This document shows positions 6,778-15,543 of a DNA stretch of 15,543 bases, in pieces. The position numbers and the translations under genes were made by a program. The DNA is from Acidobacteriota bacterium (GTDB taxonomy: Bacteria; Acidobacteriota; UBA6911; JACQSX01). The stretch's first letter is position 1, and every line of letters starts with the position of its first letter. The notes under the pieces were generated by a model. That model ran no database searches. It worked only from the letters and a program-made list of their open reading frames with translations, and was not told where the DNA came from. The DNA lies in assembly GCA_036507075.1 (NCBI GenBank), contig DASXQR010000164.1, positions 1 through 15,543 of the forward strand, written 5' to 3'.

Positions 6778-7071
6778 AGCCCGCCTGTTGTTTGGGCGGG
6801 CGTCAGCCTGTGGCCCACGGCGAAGCGAAGCGGAGTCGTGGGAATGGCGACTCTCAAAATCTCATGAGCCCACCCGCTTTTTGGGCGGGCGACAGCCGGC
6901 GCAGTCGGGATTGCTTGCATTACTACTGCTTTGTGTGTCTTAAAAAGTCGGCGGCTGTCGCCCGCCGAAAAAACGGCCGGCTTATTCGATTTGGATGCCG
7001 CCGTTCCCATGGCTCCACTTCGCTCCGCCATGGGCTACAGGCGGAACGCCCGCCCAGAAAACGGGCGGGCT
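6778..7071. repeat. REP/REPIN-like composite element: two ~120-bp inverted units (6778-6898 and 6952-7071) with internal hairpins
   Basis: Left AGCCCGCCTGTTGTTTGGGCGGGCGTCAGCCTGTGGCCCACGGCGAAGCGAAGCGGAGTCGTGGGAA...GGCGGGCGACAGCCG aligns with the reverse complement of the right unit AGCCCGCCCGTTTTCTGGGCGGGCGTTCCGCCTGTAGCCCATGGCGGAGCGAAGTGGAGCCATGGGAA...GGCGGGCGACAGCCG. GT(A/G)G tag at the hairpin foot. Confidence 0.85.
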
Positions 7072-7087
7072 CGCTTGGTAACGCAGA

Positions 7088-7141
7088 AAAGGCGGCAACC
7101 TCCGGCTGCGGCCTTTGAGCCGCATTCGGGGCCCGAATTTT
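7088..7141. repeat. Additional overlapping GC-rich hairpins (possible second REP class or terminator)
   Basis: AAAGGCGGCAACC-TCC-GGCTGCGGCCTTT (7088-7116), TGCGGC...GCCGCA (7107-7124), and ATTCGGG-G-CCCGAAT (7124-7138) followed by TTT. Confidence 0.4.
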
Positions 7142-7370
7142 GACTGGAACGAGGATGGAACACACACCGGATATCCATTGTCTAAATCTGTGACCGCCAT
7201 TACCAACGCCGGCTTGATGAGAGAGTAAACAAATCTAGTAAACTAGCTCCGATTCGGATTCTTCCCATGCCAGGCTGGCTTCTCAGGATATTAACCCGCA
7301 CCGTGTATCCCGGTTCCGTGCGATATTACCCGATTCACGCTATTCACCGCCCGTAAAGGAGGCGGTCCTC

Positions 7371-10300
7371 ATGAAACGAAATCACTTGTTGCCTGCATTC
7401 CTTTCCTGTCTACTGCTTATTACAGCCACTCCTTTGTTGGCCCAGCAGGGCCCGCGCATTGAGGTGTTCTCGCCCCAGGGCGAAGTAAAGCAGGTTCGCC
7501 AGGTTCGGGTTCAGTTTTCCGAAGCCATGATTCCGTTCGGTGATCCCCGAGAAACGGTCCAGCCGTTCGAGATCACATGCCCGGAGAAGGGAACGGGACG
7601 CTGGGCCGATACTCGAAACTGGATTTATGATTTTGAGCGCGACCTGCCCGCCGGAATCCAGTGCGAGTTCAAGCTTAAGACCGGACTCAAGACGCTTTCG
7701 GGCAAAGAATTGACAGGACCGAATCTGTTTCGATTCTCCACCGGCGGTCCCGCCATTCGCTCGTCCATTCCTTATGAAGGCTCCCAGTCGATCGATTCTG
7801 ATCAGATCTTCGTGCTGGAATTGGACGCCGAACCGGTTGAAGCCTCGGTCCTCGGTAATGTTTATTTCAATGTCGAAGGCGTCCGCGAACGCGTGGGTGT
7901 CCGGATTGTCACCGGAGAAGCGCGGACGCAGATTCTTAAGACGGACTACCGCTACCGCCGCGGAGTAAAAACGCCCCTCATTCTCATCCAGGCCAGACAA
8001 TCGTTTCCGCCCAATCGAAAGGTCAGTCTTGTCTGGGGAAAAGGCGTGACCAGCAAGACGGGCGTCCCGAGCAGCCAGGACCAGGTGCTTCCTTTCGTGA
8101 GCCGCTCGCCGTTCACGGCCGATTTCAGCTGCCATAGAGAAAACCTGCAATCCGCCTGCCTGCCGATCACTCCCATGACGGTCTACTTCAGTGCGCCCGT
8201 TTCCTGGGCGCAGGCCAAGGGAGTGGCACTGAAAGGTCCCGGCGGTAAACAGTGGAAAGCGGTGAAGGGCACGCAAGACGAGGAAGAGCAGGATGACGAT
8301 TTCGTTCACCGCGTTCTCTTTAAAGCTCCCTTTCCGGAAAAATCAGAATTCAAAGTGGAGATGCCGGCAGGCTTGAGGGATGACGCCGGCAGGAGACTGG
8401 TCAATGCCCAGCGATTTCCTTTGACTGTGCGTACCGACGAATACCCGCCGTTGGCCAAATTCGCTGCCGATTTCGGCATCCTGGAGTTAAATGCCGATCC
8501 GGTGCTTCCCGTGACGGTGCGCAATCTGGAACCCGAGATCAGCGGCGGCGTCGTGAAGGCCGGACAGACAGTACCGGGCACGTCGGGCAGTCAGGAATTG
8601 CAGGAGAGCATTCAAGGCCGGGTGTTCAAACTGCCTCCCGACAGGGCCGACGAAATTCTGAAGTGGCTGCAAGCGATCAAGAACCGTGGCTGGGACAATC
8701 GAGCTACTTCCATTTTTGCCGGCGGAGTCGCGAGCCCGAAGAAGTTTTCCATTCCCAAGCCCAACGGGCCAAAGGCTTTCGAAGTCGTCGGAATACCGCT
8801 CAAAGAGCCCGGCTTCTACGTGGTGGAACTGGAAAGCAAACTGCTGGGCGCAGCGCTTCTGGGAGTTCCCGAGCCGATGTTTGTTTCGACCACCGCTCTG
8901 GTGACCAATTTGTCCGTCCACTTCAAATGGGGCATCGAGTCATCCCTTGTCTGGGTGACCACTCTGGACCAGGCTAGGCCGTTCAAGGATGCCGTGATTC
9001 ATGTCAGGGACTGTTCCGGAAAGATGCTTTGGAAAGGCGTCACGGACGCCGGCGGAGTCGCCCGCATTGACAGGCTTCCACCGCCCGAGCAGGTGCCCGA
9101 CTGCAAGCAGTACGGGCTTGCCGGAGGACTGATGATCACGGCCCAGTCGGGCAGCGATTTGTCATTTGTTCATTCAACGTGGTCTGAAGGAATTGAACCG
9201 TGGCGCTTCCAGCTTTCAACCGAATACAACCTCGCGCGTCCTACTGCACACACCATTTTCGACCGCACTCTTCTGCGCGCGGGAGAAACCGTGCATATGA
9301 AACACATCCTGCGCCGCCACGTGATGCAGGGCTTCGACCAAATGCCTGACAGCGAGCGCCCCAGAACTCTGCTGATCGAGCATTCAGGAAGCGGCCAGAA
9401 TTATGAGCTTCCGCTGAAGTGGGACGCCGCCGGCGTTGCCGAATCGGACTGGTCGATTCCCACGGGGGCAAAGCTCGGCGCCTACCAGGTTTCCTTTGTC
9501 AGAAAAGATGGAAAAGAAATCAAGTCACAGTGGCATTCAGGGTTCTTCAATGTTCAGGAATACCGTGTTCCCCTGATGAAGGGAATCATTCAGTTTCCCG
9601 GGGAAACGCTGGTGGCGCCCGCGGAGGTTTCTGTGGATCTGGCGGTCAAATATTTAGCGGGCGGCGGCGCGGGCAATCTGCCGGTAAAGATCCGCTACCA
9701 GGTACAGCCGCACTACCCTGGCGGGTATGAAGCGTTCGAAGACTTTGTGTTCGCCAACGGAAGCGTCAAGACCGGGATCACGCGCGACCAGCAGGAGGAC
9801 GAAGAGCCGTCCGAAGAGAGGAAAAAGTTCGAACTTCATTCGGTCGACCTTTCGCTGGACAAATCAGGCGCCGCGCGAACGAAGCTTTCTTCCCTTCCGA
9901 AAGCCGACACGCCGCTCGAGGTTGTGACCGAACTTGAATTCAACGACCCCAACGGGGAGGCGCAGACTATCTCTTCCAGCCTTCCGCTGTGGCCCGCAAA
10001 AACCATGGTCGGCATTAAGCCGGAGTCCTGGGCCTCGTCCAGGGATTCGCTCAAGTTTTATGCGGCCGTGGCGGACCTGTCCGGTAAACCTGTTGCCGAT
10101 GCTCCGGTGAAGACCGAGCTCTTTCAACGCAAGACCTATTCGCATCGCAAGCGTCTGATCGGCGGATTCTACGCGTATGAACATTTCACCGAGGTAAAGA
10201 GAATCGCCGCCCTGTGCGACGGAAAAACGAACGCCAAGGGGATCTTGATGTGCGAAACCAAGTCGCCTGTGGAGGGCAACGTGATCCTGCAGGCAACCAG

Positions 10301-13031
10301 CGTCGATGCGTCGGGAAACAAAACAGTGGCCAATCAGGAAGTTTGGATTGCGGGTAAAGATGAGTGGTGGTTTGACGTGCAGGATCACGATCGAATGGAC
10401 GTGCTGCCGGAGAAGAAGCGCTATGAACCCGGCGAGAAAGCAAAGTTTCAGGTCCGTATGCCGTTCCGCAATGCCACCGCCCTGGTGAGCGTGGAACGCG
10501 AGGGAATCAGTGAAATCTACATCCGGGAACTCTCCGGCAAGGAGCCGGTAATCGAGGTTCCGATTAAAGGCAACTATGCTCCCAATATTTATGTCTCGGT
10601 GCTCGCGGTGCGCGGGCGAGTGGCCGGAGTTCAACCCACCGCTCTGGTTGACCTTGGCCGGCCGGCCTACAAACTGGGCATCGCGGAGATCAGCGTCGGG
10701 TGGCAGGCCCACGAGTTAAAGGTGAAGGTGGCCGCTGACCGTCCCGTGTACAAAGTGCGTGAAAAGGCAAAGATCAAAGTGAGCGTGAAAACTGCTTACG
10801 GCAAATTGCCCGGTCCGGGAACTGAAATAGCTCTTGCCGCCGTCGATGAGGGCCTGCTGGAACTGATGCCGAATCGCAGTTGGGATCTTCTGGAATCGAT
10901 GATGGACAAGCGAGGCTGTGCCGTAAGAACTTCCACGGCGCAAATGCACGTCATCGGCAGGCGGCATTTCGGGTTGAAGGCGCTCCCTTCGGGGGGCGGC
11001 GGCGGCAAGCAGACTACGCGGGAATTATTCGACACGCTGCTGCTCTGGAAAGGACGCGTTGCGCTTGACGCCAAGGGAGAAGCTACCGTCGAGGTCCCGC
11101 TCAATGATTCCTTGACCAGTTTTCGCATTGTGGCCGTCGCATCGAACAACGGAGGGCTGTTCGGCACCGGCCGGACATCCATCCGTACCACTCAGGATTT
11201 GATGATCCTGGCAGGCATCGCGCCGCTGGTCCGCCAGGGAGACCGTTTCCGGTCTGAAGTTACGGTGCGCAACGCCACCCAGCGCAGTATGAATGTGGAT
11301 ATCGCGGCCTCTGTAAAAGAAATCAACCAGCCCCTGAAGCCTCTGAGCGTGGCGCTGTCTCCCGGTGAAGCCAAGGCGGTTTCCTGGGATATTACGGCGC
11401 CTCCTGGTTTCGATTCTCTTACCTACACGGTGGAAGGCCGCGAGCGCGGCGGTACAGCGGATCGCATGACCGTATCACAAAAGGTGCTGCCGGTTTGGCC
11501 TGTCCACACGGTGCAGGCGACCATCGCACAACTGGATAAGGAGATTCATATCCCTGTGCAGCGCCCGCAGGACGCTGTTCCCGGACGCGGCGGCGTCCAT
11601 GTGCTGTTTCGTCCGACCCTGCTCAACGGCCTTGAGGGCGTCGCCGACTATATGCGGAAATACCCTTATACCTGCCTCGAGCAGAGGGTGTCGCGCGCCG
11701 TGGCCCTGCGGGATGAGAAGCTTTGGAATGGCATCGTTTCCGACCTCCCTGCCTACATTGACGCAAACGGGCTGGCGAAATATTTTCCCAACATGTCATG
11801 GGGAAGTGAAGTGCTGACGGCGTATCTGGTCTCGATCGCGCACGAGGCGGACTGGACGATCCCCAAGACGCTCAAGGACCGAATGGAGGATGGTCTGAAG
11901 GGATTTGTCGAAGGAAAGGTGGTGCGCCACTCGAACCTGCCCACAGCCGATCTTTCCATCCGGAAACTTTCCGCCGTGGAAGCGCTGTCGCGGTCAGGCA
12001 AAGCAGAACCGCAACTGCTCTCTTCCATCGCCATTGAGCCGAACCTGTGGCCCACGTCGGCGGTTCTGGACTGGTTCAACATTCTGCAAAGAGCGGCTGC
12101 GATTCCCAACCGCGAGCCAAGGCTCTCCGAAACCGAACAAATTTTGAAGTCCCGTCTGAATTTTCAGGGAACGACCATGGGCTTCTCCACCGCCCGCTCT
12201 GATTACCTTTGGTGGCTGATGGTCTCCAACGACACCAACGCCGTGCGGCTGGTCCTTTCCATGCTCGAGTCAGGAAGGTGGAAGGAGGATATGCCCAGAA
12301 TCGTTCGCGGGGCGCTGGGGCGTCAGCGCCGCGGGGCGTGGGACCTGACGGTGGCGAATGCCTGGGGCGTTCTGGCAATGGAAAAATTCTCCAAAGCGTT
12401 CGAAAGCACGCCGGTAACAGGAAGGAGCAGCGCCACGCTTTCTTCTGCTTCGCAATCGGTCGACTGGGCCGCTGCGCCGAAAGGCAAAGATCTCTCGTTT
12501 GGCTGGCCGCCGGGAAAAGAGACGCTCGCGGTAAGCCACGCGGGGACTGGCAAACCATGGGTGACGGCCCAAAGCATGGCGGCGATTCCGCTGAAGGAGC
12601 CGTTGTTCACAGGATTCAGAATTGAGAAGAGCATCACGCCGGTAGAACAGAAGCAGCCCGGCAAATGGAGTCGCGGCGATATTGCCCGCGTGCGGCTGCA
12701 ACTGCAGTCTCAATCGGACATGACATGGGTGGTGGTAAGCGATCCTATTCCGGGAGGCGCGACCATATTGGGAAGCGGCCTGCAAAGGCAGTCGCAGCTT
12801 TCCCGGCAGGGTGAAAGAAGCGAAGGGTGGGTCTGGCCCGCGTTCCAGGAACACTCTTTCGAAGCCTACCGCGTCTACTATGACTTTGTGCCCAAGGGTA
12901 ACTGGACGATTGAGTACACGTTTCGGCTGAACAACGAGGGAATTTTCCAGTTGCCCGCGACTCGGGCCGAGGCGCTTTATTCTCCCGAGATGTTTGGAAT
13001 GCTTCCCAACGGAGAGTTCCGGGTGCAGTAA
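7371..13031 (+). CDS. yfhM: Bacterial alpha-2-macroglobulin (YfhM/MG2 family)
   Basis: 1886 aa; AAGGAGG RBS; signal peptide. MG2-type motifs (IFDRTLLRAGETVH, VQEYRVP, KKRYEPGEKA, LAAVDEGLLEL, VPLNDSLTSFRIVAVA), thioester YPYTCLEQ (CLEQ at 11673-11684), C-terminal LPATRAEALYSPE. Coupled to pbpC. Confidence 0.96.
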   Translation: MKRNHLLPAFLSCLLLITATPLLAQQGPRIEVFSPQGEVKQVRQVRVQFSEAMIPFGDPRETVQPFEITCPEKGTGRWADTRNWIYDFERDLPAGIQCEFKLKTGLKTLSGKELTGPNLFRFSTGGPAIRSSIPYEGSQSIDSDQIFVLELDAEPVEASVLGNVYFNVEGVRERVGVRIVTGEARTQILKTDYRYRRGVKTPLILIQARQSFPPNRKVSLVWGKGVTSKTGVPSSQDQVLPFVSRSPFTADFSCHRENLQSACLPITPMTVYFSAPVSWAQAKGVALKGPGGKQWKAVKGTQDEEEQDDDFVHRVLFKAPFPEKSEFKVEMPAGLRDDAGRRLVNAQRFPLTVRTDEYPPLAKFAADFGILELNADPVLPVTVRNLEPEISGGVVKAGQTVPGTSGSQELQESIQGRVFKLPPDRADEILKWLQAIKNRGWDNRATSIFAGGVASPKKFSIPKPNGPKAFEVVGIPLKEPGFYVVELESKLLGAALLGVPEPMFVSTTALVTNLSVHFKWGIESSLVWVTTLDQARPFKDAVIHVRDCSGKMLWKGVTDAGGVARIDRLPPPEQVPDCKQYGLAGGLMITAQSGSDLSFVHSTWSEGIEPWRFQLSTEYNLARPTAHTIFDRTLLRAGETVHMKHILRRHVMQGFDQMPDSERPRTLLIEHSGSGQNYELPLKWDAAGVAESDWSIPTGAKLGAYQVSFVRKDGKEIKSQWHSGFFNVQEYRVPLMKGIIQFPGETLVAPAEVSVDLAVKYLAGGGAGNLPVKIRYQVQPHYPGGYEAFEDFVFANGSVKTGITRDQQEDEEPSEERKKFELHSVDLSLDKSGAARTKLSSLPKADTPLEVVTELEFNDPNGEAQTISSSLPLWPAKTMVGIKPESWASSRDSLKFYAAVADLSGKPVADAPVKTELFQRKTYSHRKRLIGGFYAYEHFTEVKRIAALCDGKTNAKGILMCETKSPVEGNVILQATSVDASGNKTVANQEVWIAGKDEWWFDVQDHDRMDVLPEKKRYEPGEKAKFQVRMPFRNATALVSVEREGISEIYIRELSGKEPVIEVPIKGNYAPNIYVSVLAVRGRVAGVQPTALVDLGRPAYKLGIAEISVGWQAHELKVKVAADRPVYKVREKAKIKVSVKTAYGKLPGPGTEIALAAVDEGLLELMPNRSWDLLESMMDKRGCAVRTSTAQMHVIGRRHFGLKALPSGGGGGKQTTRELFDTLLLWKGRVALDAKGEATVEVPLNDSLTSFRIVAVASNNGGLFGTGRTSIRTTQDLMILAGIAPLVRQGDRFRSEVTVRNATQRSMNVDIAASVKEINQPLKPLSVALSPGEAKAVSWDITAPPGFDSLTYTVEGRERGGTADRMTVSQKVLPVWPVHTVQATIAQLDKEIHIPVQRPQDAVPGRGGVHVLFRPTLLNGLEGVADYMRKYPYTCLEQRVSRAVALRDEKLWNGIVSDLPAYIDANGLAKYFPNMSWGSEVLTAYLVSIAHEADWTIPKTLKDRMEDGLKGFVEGKVVRHSNLPTADLSIRKLSAVEALSRSGKAEPQLLSSIAIEPNLWPTSAVLDWFNILQRAAAIPNREPRLSETEQILKSRLNFQGTTMGFSTARSDYLWWLMVSNDTNAVRLVLSMLESGRWKEDMPRIVRGALGRQRRGAWDLTVANAWGVLAMEKFSKAFESTPVTGRSSATLSSASQSVDWAAAPKGKDLSFGWPPGKETLAVSHAGTGKPWVTAQSMAAIPLKEPLFTGFRIEKSITPVEQKQPGKWSRGDIARVRLQLQSQSDMTWVVVSDPIPGGATILGSGLQRQSQLSRQGERSEGWVWPAFQEHSFEAYRVYYDFVPKGNWTIEYTFRLNNEGIFQLPATRAEALYSPEMFGMLPNGEFRVQ

Positions 13032-15469
13032 TGGCCAACGATCACCTCCTTCCGACGGAAGTCAAGGAGAAGTCCGAACCGCGCGCGTCAGCAAGCGGAC
13101 TCTCCAGAAGCAATTCCCTCCTCAAGGCAAACCGACTTTCTCCGGAGAGTCCGCTTGCTGACGCGCGCGGCTCGGAGAGTCCGCTCGCTCACGCGCGCGG
13201 TCCGGAGTCTTTTCACACTCTCTTACGGGCGCGGATCCGCGTTCTGCGACGGCTCGGGATCTTCGTGTTCATCGTGGCATTGATCGCAACTGTCACGGGA
13301 ATCTTTTTGCTGACCTCGCCTGCGCCGCCGGTCCCTTCTTTTCCGGATGTAAAGAATGCTTACCGCGCCTCTGACGCGCGGCTGCTGGATCGTAACCATG
13401 TCCCATTGCAGGAGCTGCGTATAGACAAGAGCGGCAGAAAGCTGGAATGGATCCCGCTGTCGGAGATCTCCCCGGCCATGCTCGCGGCCGTCGTCCACGC
13501 GGAAGACCGAAAGTTCTACCGGCATCACGGGGTTGACTGGCTGGCATTTCCCGCTGCCTTGAAAGATGTTTTGGCGGGCCGCGTTCCTCGCGGGGCCAGC
13601 ACCATCACCATGCAGGTTGCATCCATGGTTGCGCCCGGTTCGGGCACGCCCGACTCCAGGCGCTCGGTTGCCCGCAAATGGAGGCAGATTTGCCTGGCTC
13701 TGAGTCTTGAAAAAAAATGGTCAAAAACAGAAATTCTTGAAGCTTATCTGAACCTGGTCTCATTTCGGGGAGAGTTGCAGGGAATCGCGGCTGCGTCACG
13801 CGGACTGTTCCGCAAGGAGCCTCACGGCTTGAACGCGGAAGAGTCGCTGGTGCTTTCGGCACTGGTGCGGGGCCCCAACGCCCGTGAAGCGCAAGTTTCA
13901 TCCCGCGCTCGAGCGCTTGCCAGGTCGCTGGGCTTGCGGTTTGATGATCATGGCCTGGCAGGCAAAGCCCGCCAGGCCTCCGCGCGGTCCTATTACATCG
14001 AGCCGAAGACAAATCTTGCTCCCCACGTTGCTGAGATCTTGTTTCGAGAATATCAAAAGGGAGATTCGCAGAACTCCGCTGCAAGGAGCGGCGCATCGCT
14101 TCAAATTGTGAGTACGCTGGATGAAAAACTGCAGCGTTACGCATCCGAAGTGCTGCGGCATCACGTAGCCGGCCTTGTCGCGCAGAACGTGCACGATGGC
14201 GCGGTGCTTGTGATTGAAAATCGCAGCGGCGACGTCCTCGCGTACGCGGGAAATACGGGCGATCTGGCCCTGGCTCGTTACGTCGACGGCGTGAAGGCGC
14301 CGCGCCAGGCGGGATCAACACTGAAGCCTTTTCTCTACGGCCTCGCTTTTGACCGCCGCCTGATGACCCCGGCATCTCTGATCGATGACAGCCCGGTAGA
14401 TATCGTGGTGGCGGGAGGGGTCTTCCGGCCGAAAAACTACGACAATCGGTTCAACGGCCTGGTGAGCGCGCGCACGGCGCTGGCCTCTTCGTTGAATGTG
14501 CCGGCCGTTCAAACTCTGAACAATGTGGGCGTCGAATCGTTTTTGCAAATCCTCCGCCAGTTGGAATTCCAGAACCTGCAGCAGCCCGACTTCTACGGCC
14601 CCTCGCTTGCGCTCGGATCCGCCGATATTACCCTTTGGGACTTGACCAATGCCTATCGTTCGTTAGCCAACAACGGAGTCTGGAGTAAATCTCGGCTCCT
14701 GCCACAGACGGAGGATCGGGCAGCCAAGCGGATCTATTCCGAACAGGCGGCGTTTCTGGTTTCCAGCATCCTGTCAGACCGCGAGAGCCGCAGCAAGACC
14801 TTCAGCCTGGAGAATCCGCTGTCGACGCGCTTCTGGACTGCGGTCAAGACGGGAACCAGCAAGGACATGCGTGACAACTGGTGTGTCGGTTATTCCTCTG
14901 ATTATACCGTTGGCGTTTGGGTGGGAAACTTTTCCGGAGCTCCAATGTGGAATGTTTCCGGCATCTCGGGCGCAGCTCCGGTCTGGGTTGAAATCATGAA
15001 CTGGCTGCACGCCGACAAGCCCAGCCTTCCCAAGACCCCACCGGCGGGAGTGGTTGTTCAGATTACGGAGTTTCCCGAACTCGGCCAGTCGCGAAAGGAA
15101 TGGTTCATCCAGGGCACGGAAGTAAGTCTGGTTGAACCGGCTCCCGGCAATGCACATTACAAGATCACTTATCCAGTGGAGGGGACTCTGATCGCGCTTG
15201 ATCCTGACATTCCCGAAGAAGAGCAGAGGATGTTCTTCGAATCCCGGCCCCGAGATCCCAGTCTCCAGTGGCAGCTTGACGGAAACTCCCTGGGTGACGC
15301 CGGCTCGCTTGTCCCCTGGAAGCCGGTCGCCGGAAAGCACACCATCACTCTGATGGATTCAAAAAACCAGGCCCTCGATTCCGTCAGCTTCGAAGTGCGC
15401 GGCGCCGCTCCCGCGATACTGCCCGGATCATTCAAAAACCTCAACCGCGAAGAGCGCCAAGAACGCTAA
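13031..15469 (+). CDS. pbpC: Penicillin-binding protein 1C
   Basis: TAATG stop/start overlap with the alpha-2-macroglobulin gene; N-terminal TM helix. Transglycosylase motifs EDRKFYRHHGVD, GASTITMQ, RKWRQ, KTEILEAYLN; transpeptidase STLK, SLN, KTGTS; C-terminal PBP1C beta domain. Confidence 0.96.
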   Translation: MANDHLLPTEVKEKSEPRASASGLSRSNSLLKANRLSPESPLADARGSESPLAHARGPESFHTLLRARIRVLRRLGIFVFIVALIATVTGIFLLTSPAPPVPSFPDVKNAYRASDARLLDRNHVPLQELRIDKSGRKLEWIPLSEISPAMLAAVVHAEDRKFYRHHGVDWLAFPAALKDVLAGRVPRGASTITMQVASMVAPGSGTPDSRRSVARKWRQICLALSLEKKWSKTEILEAYLNLVSFRGELQGIAAASRGLFRKEPHGLNAEESLVLSALVRGPNAREAQVSSRARALARSLGLRFDDHGLAGKARQASARSYYIEPKTNLAPHVAEILFREYQKGDSQNSAARSGASLQIVSTLDEKLQRYASEVLRHHVAGLVAQNVHDGAVLVIENRSGDVLAYAGNTGDLALARYVDGVKAPRQAGSTLKPFLYGLAFDRRLMTPASLIDDSPVDIVVAGGVFRPKNYDNRFNGLVSARTALASSLNVPAVQTLNNVGVESFLQILRQLEFQNLQQPDFYGPSLALGSADITLWDLTNAYRSLANNGVWSKSRLLPQTEDRAAKRIYSEQAAFLVSSILSDRESRSKTFSLENPLSTRFWTAVKTGTSKDMRDNWCVGYSSDYTVGVWVGNFSGAPMWNVSGISGAAPVWVEIMNWLHADKPSLPKTPPAGVVVQITEFPELGQSRKEWFIQGTEVSLVEPAPGNAHYKITYPVEGTLIALDPDIPEEEQRMFFESRPRDPSLQWQLDGNSLGDAGSLVPWKPVAGKHTITLMDSKNQALDSVSFEVRGAAPAILPGSFKNLNREERQER
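13073..13206. repeat. Three copies of a ~33-bp REP-like palindromic unit (one inverted, two tandem) inside the pbpC 5' end
   Basis: 13073-13105 TCCGAACCGCGCGCGTCAGCAAGCGGACTCTCC is the reverse complement (32/33) of 13144-13176 GGAGAGTCCGCTTGCTGACGCGCGCGGCTCGGA. A third copy at 13174-13206 follows with a 30-bp period. Confidence 0.9.
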
Positions 15470-15503
15470 GACCAGCGCGGGGTGACGGCCTGGAGCTCAA
15501 AGC

Positions 15504-15543
15504 ATGAAGGCCAATAAAAATTGCGTGTCGCTTTTTTGCGTTC
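15504..15543 (+). CDS. 5' end of a probable next gene (partial)
   Basis: GGAG at 15492-15495, ATG 15504, MKANKNCVSLFCV... runs off the window; resembles the start of a signal peptide. Confidence 0.4.
   Translation, partial: MKANKNCVSLFCV

Noticed and set aside
6762..7206. ORFs 6762..7118, 6768..7031, 6923..7165, 6931..7143, 6982..7206
   Set aside because: They are translations of the GC-rich inverted-repeat cluster, mirror each other, and have no protein-like motifs.
7225..7332. Short direct repeats AGTAAAC x2 and GATATTA(A)CCC x2 upstream of yfhM as regulator sites
   Set aside because: Too short to distinguish from chance without comparative data.
13073..13206. CRISPR array (also considered for 6778-7071)
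   Set aside because: Copies are inverted or directly tandem without unique spacers of regular length, and no cas genes are present.
7410..15444. Many antisense or alternate-frame ORFs over yfhM and pbpC (e.g. 7410..8309, 9864..10712, 13605..14375)
   Set aside because: Shadow ORFs expected from GC-rich codon bias in long real genes; no motifs or convincing RBS.

Overview
Bacterial window with two contrasting halves. The protein styles suggest Acidobacteria, but that is an inference. The right half (5618-15469, visibly more GC-rich, all reading frames intact) holds an exported aldose-1-epimerase-like gene, a REP/REPIN-type inverted-repeat cluster, and the classical alpha-2-macroglobulin + PBP1C operon. 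The PBP1C N-terminal tail carries an in-frame palindromic repeat cluster. The left half (~1-5500, lower GC) is an accessory locus with a minus-strand four-gene operon, three of whose products carry signal peptides: (i) a prodomain-containing trypsin-clan serine protease with two tandem C-terminal beta-rich repeats, (ii) a double beta-sandwich protein, (iii) a DUF3238-like protein, and (iv) a directly coupled signal-peptide HEAT-repeat protein. A stand-alone AraC HTH regulator lies divergent from it. The ORF track fragments the protease, DUF3238-like and AraC genes because of at least 6 lesions, most repairable by adding 1-2 nt in short homopolymer or dinucleotide runs. These are either long-read errors or recent decay. 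The operon is the best candidate for an undescribed system, possibly a protease-activated effector/immunity-like module. An unannotated 52-aa ORF with a strong RBS and an upstream palindrome, and a ~108-bp MITE-like hairpin, are also present. All family assignments come from motif recognition by eye; no database search was run.
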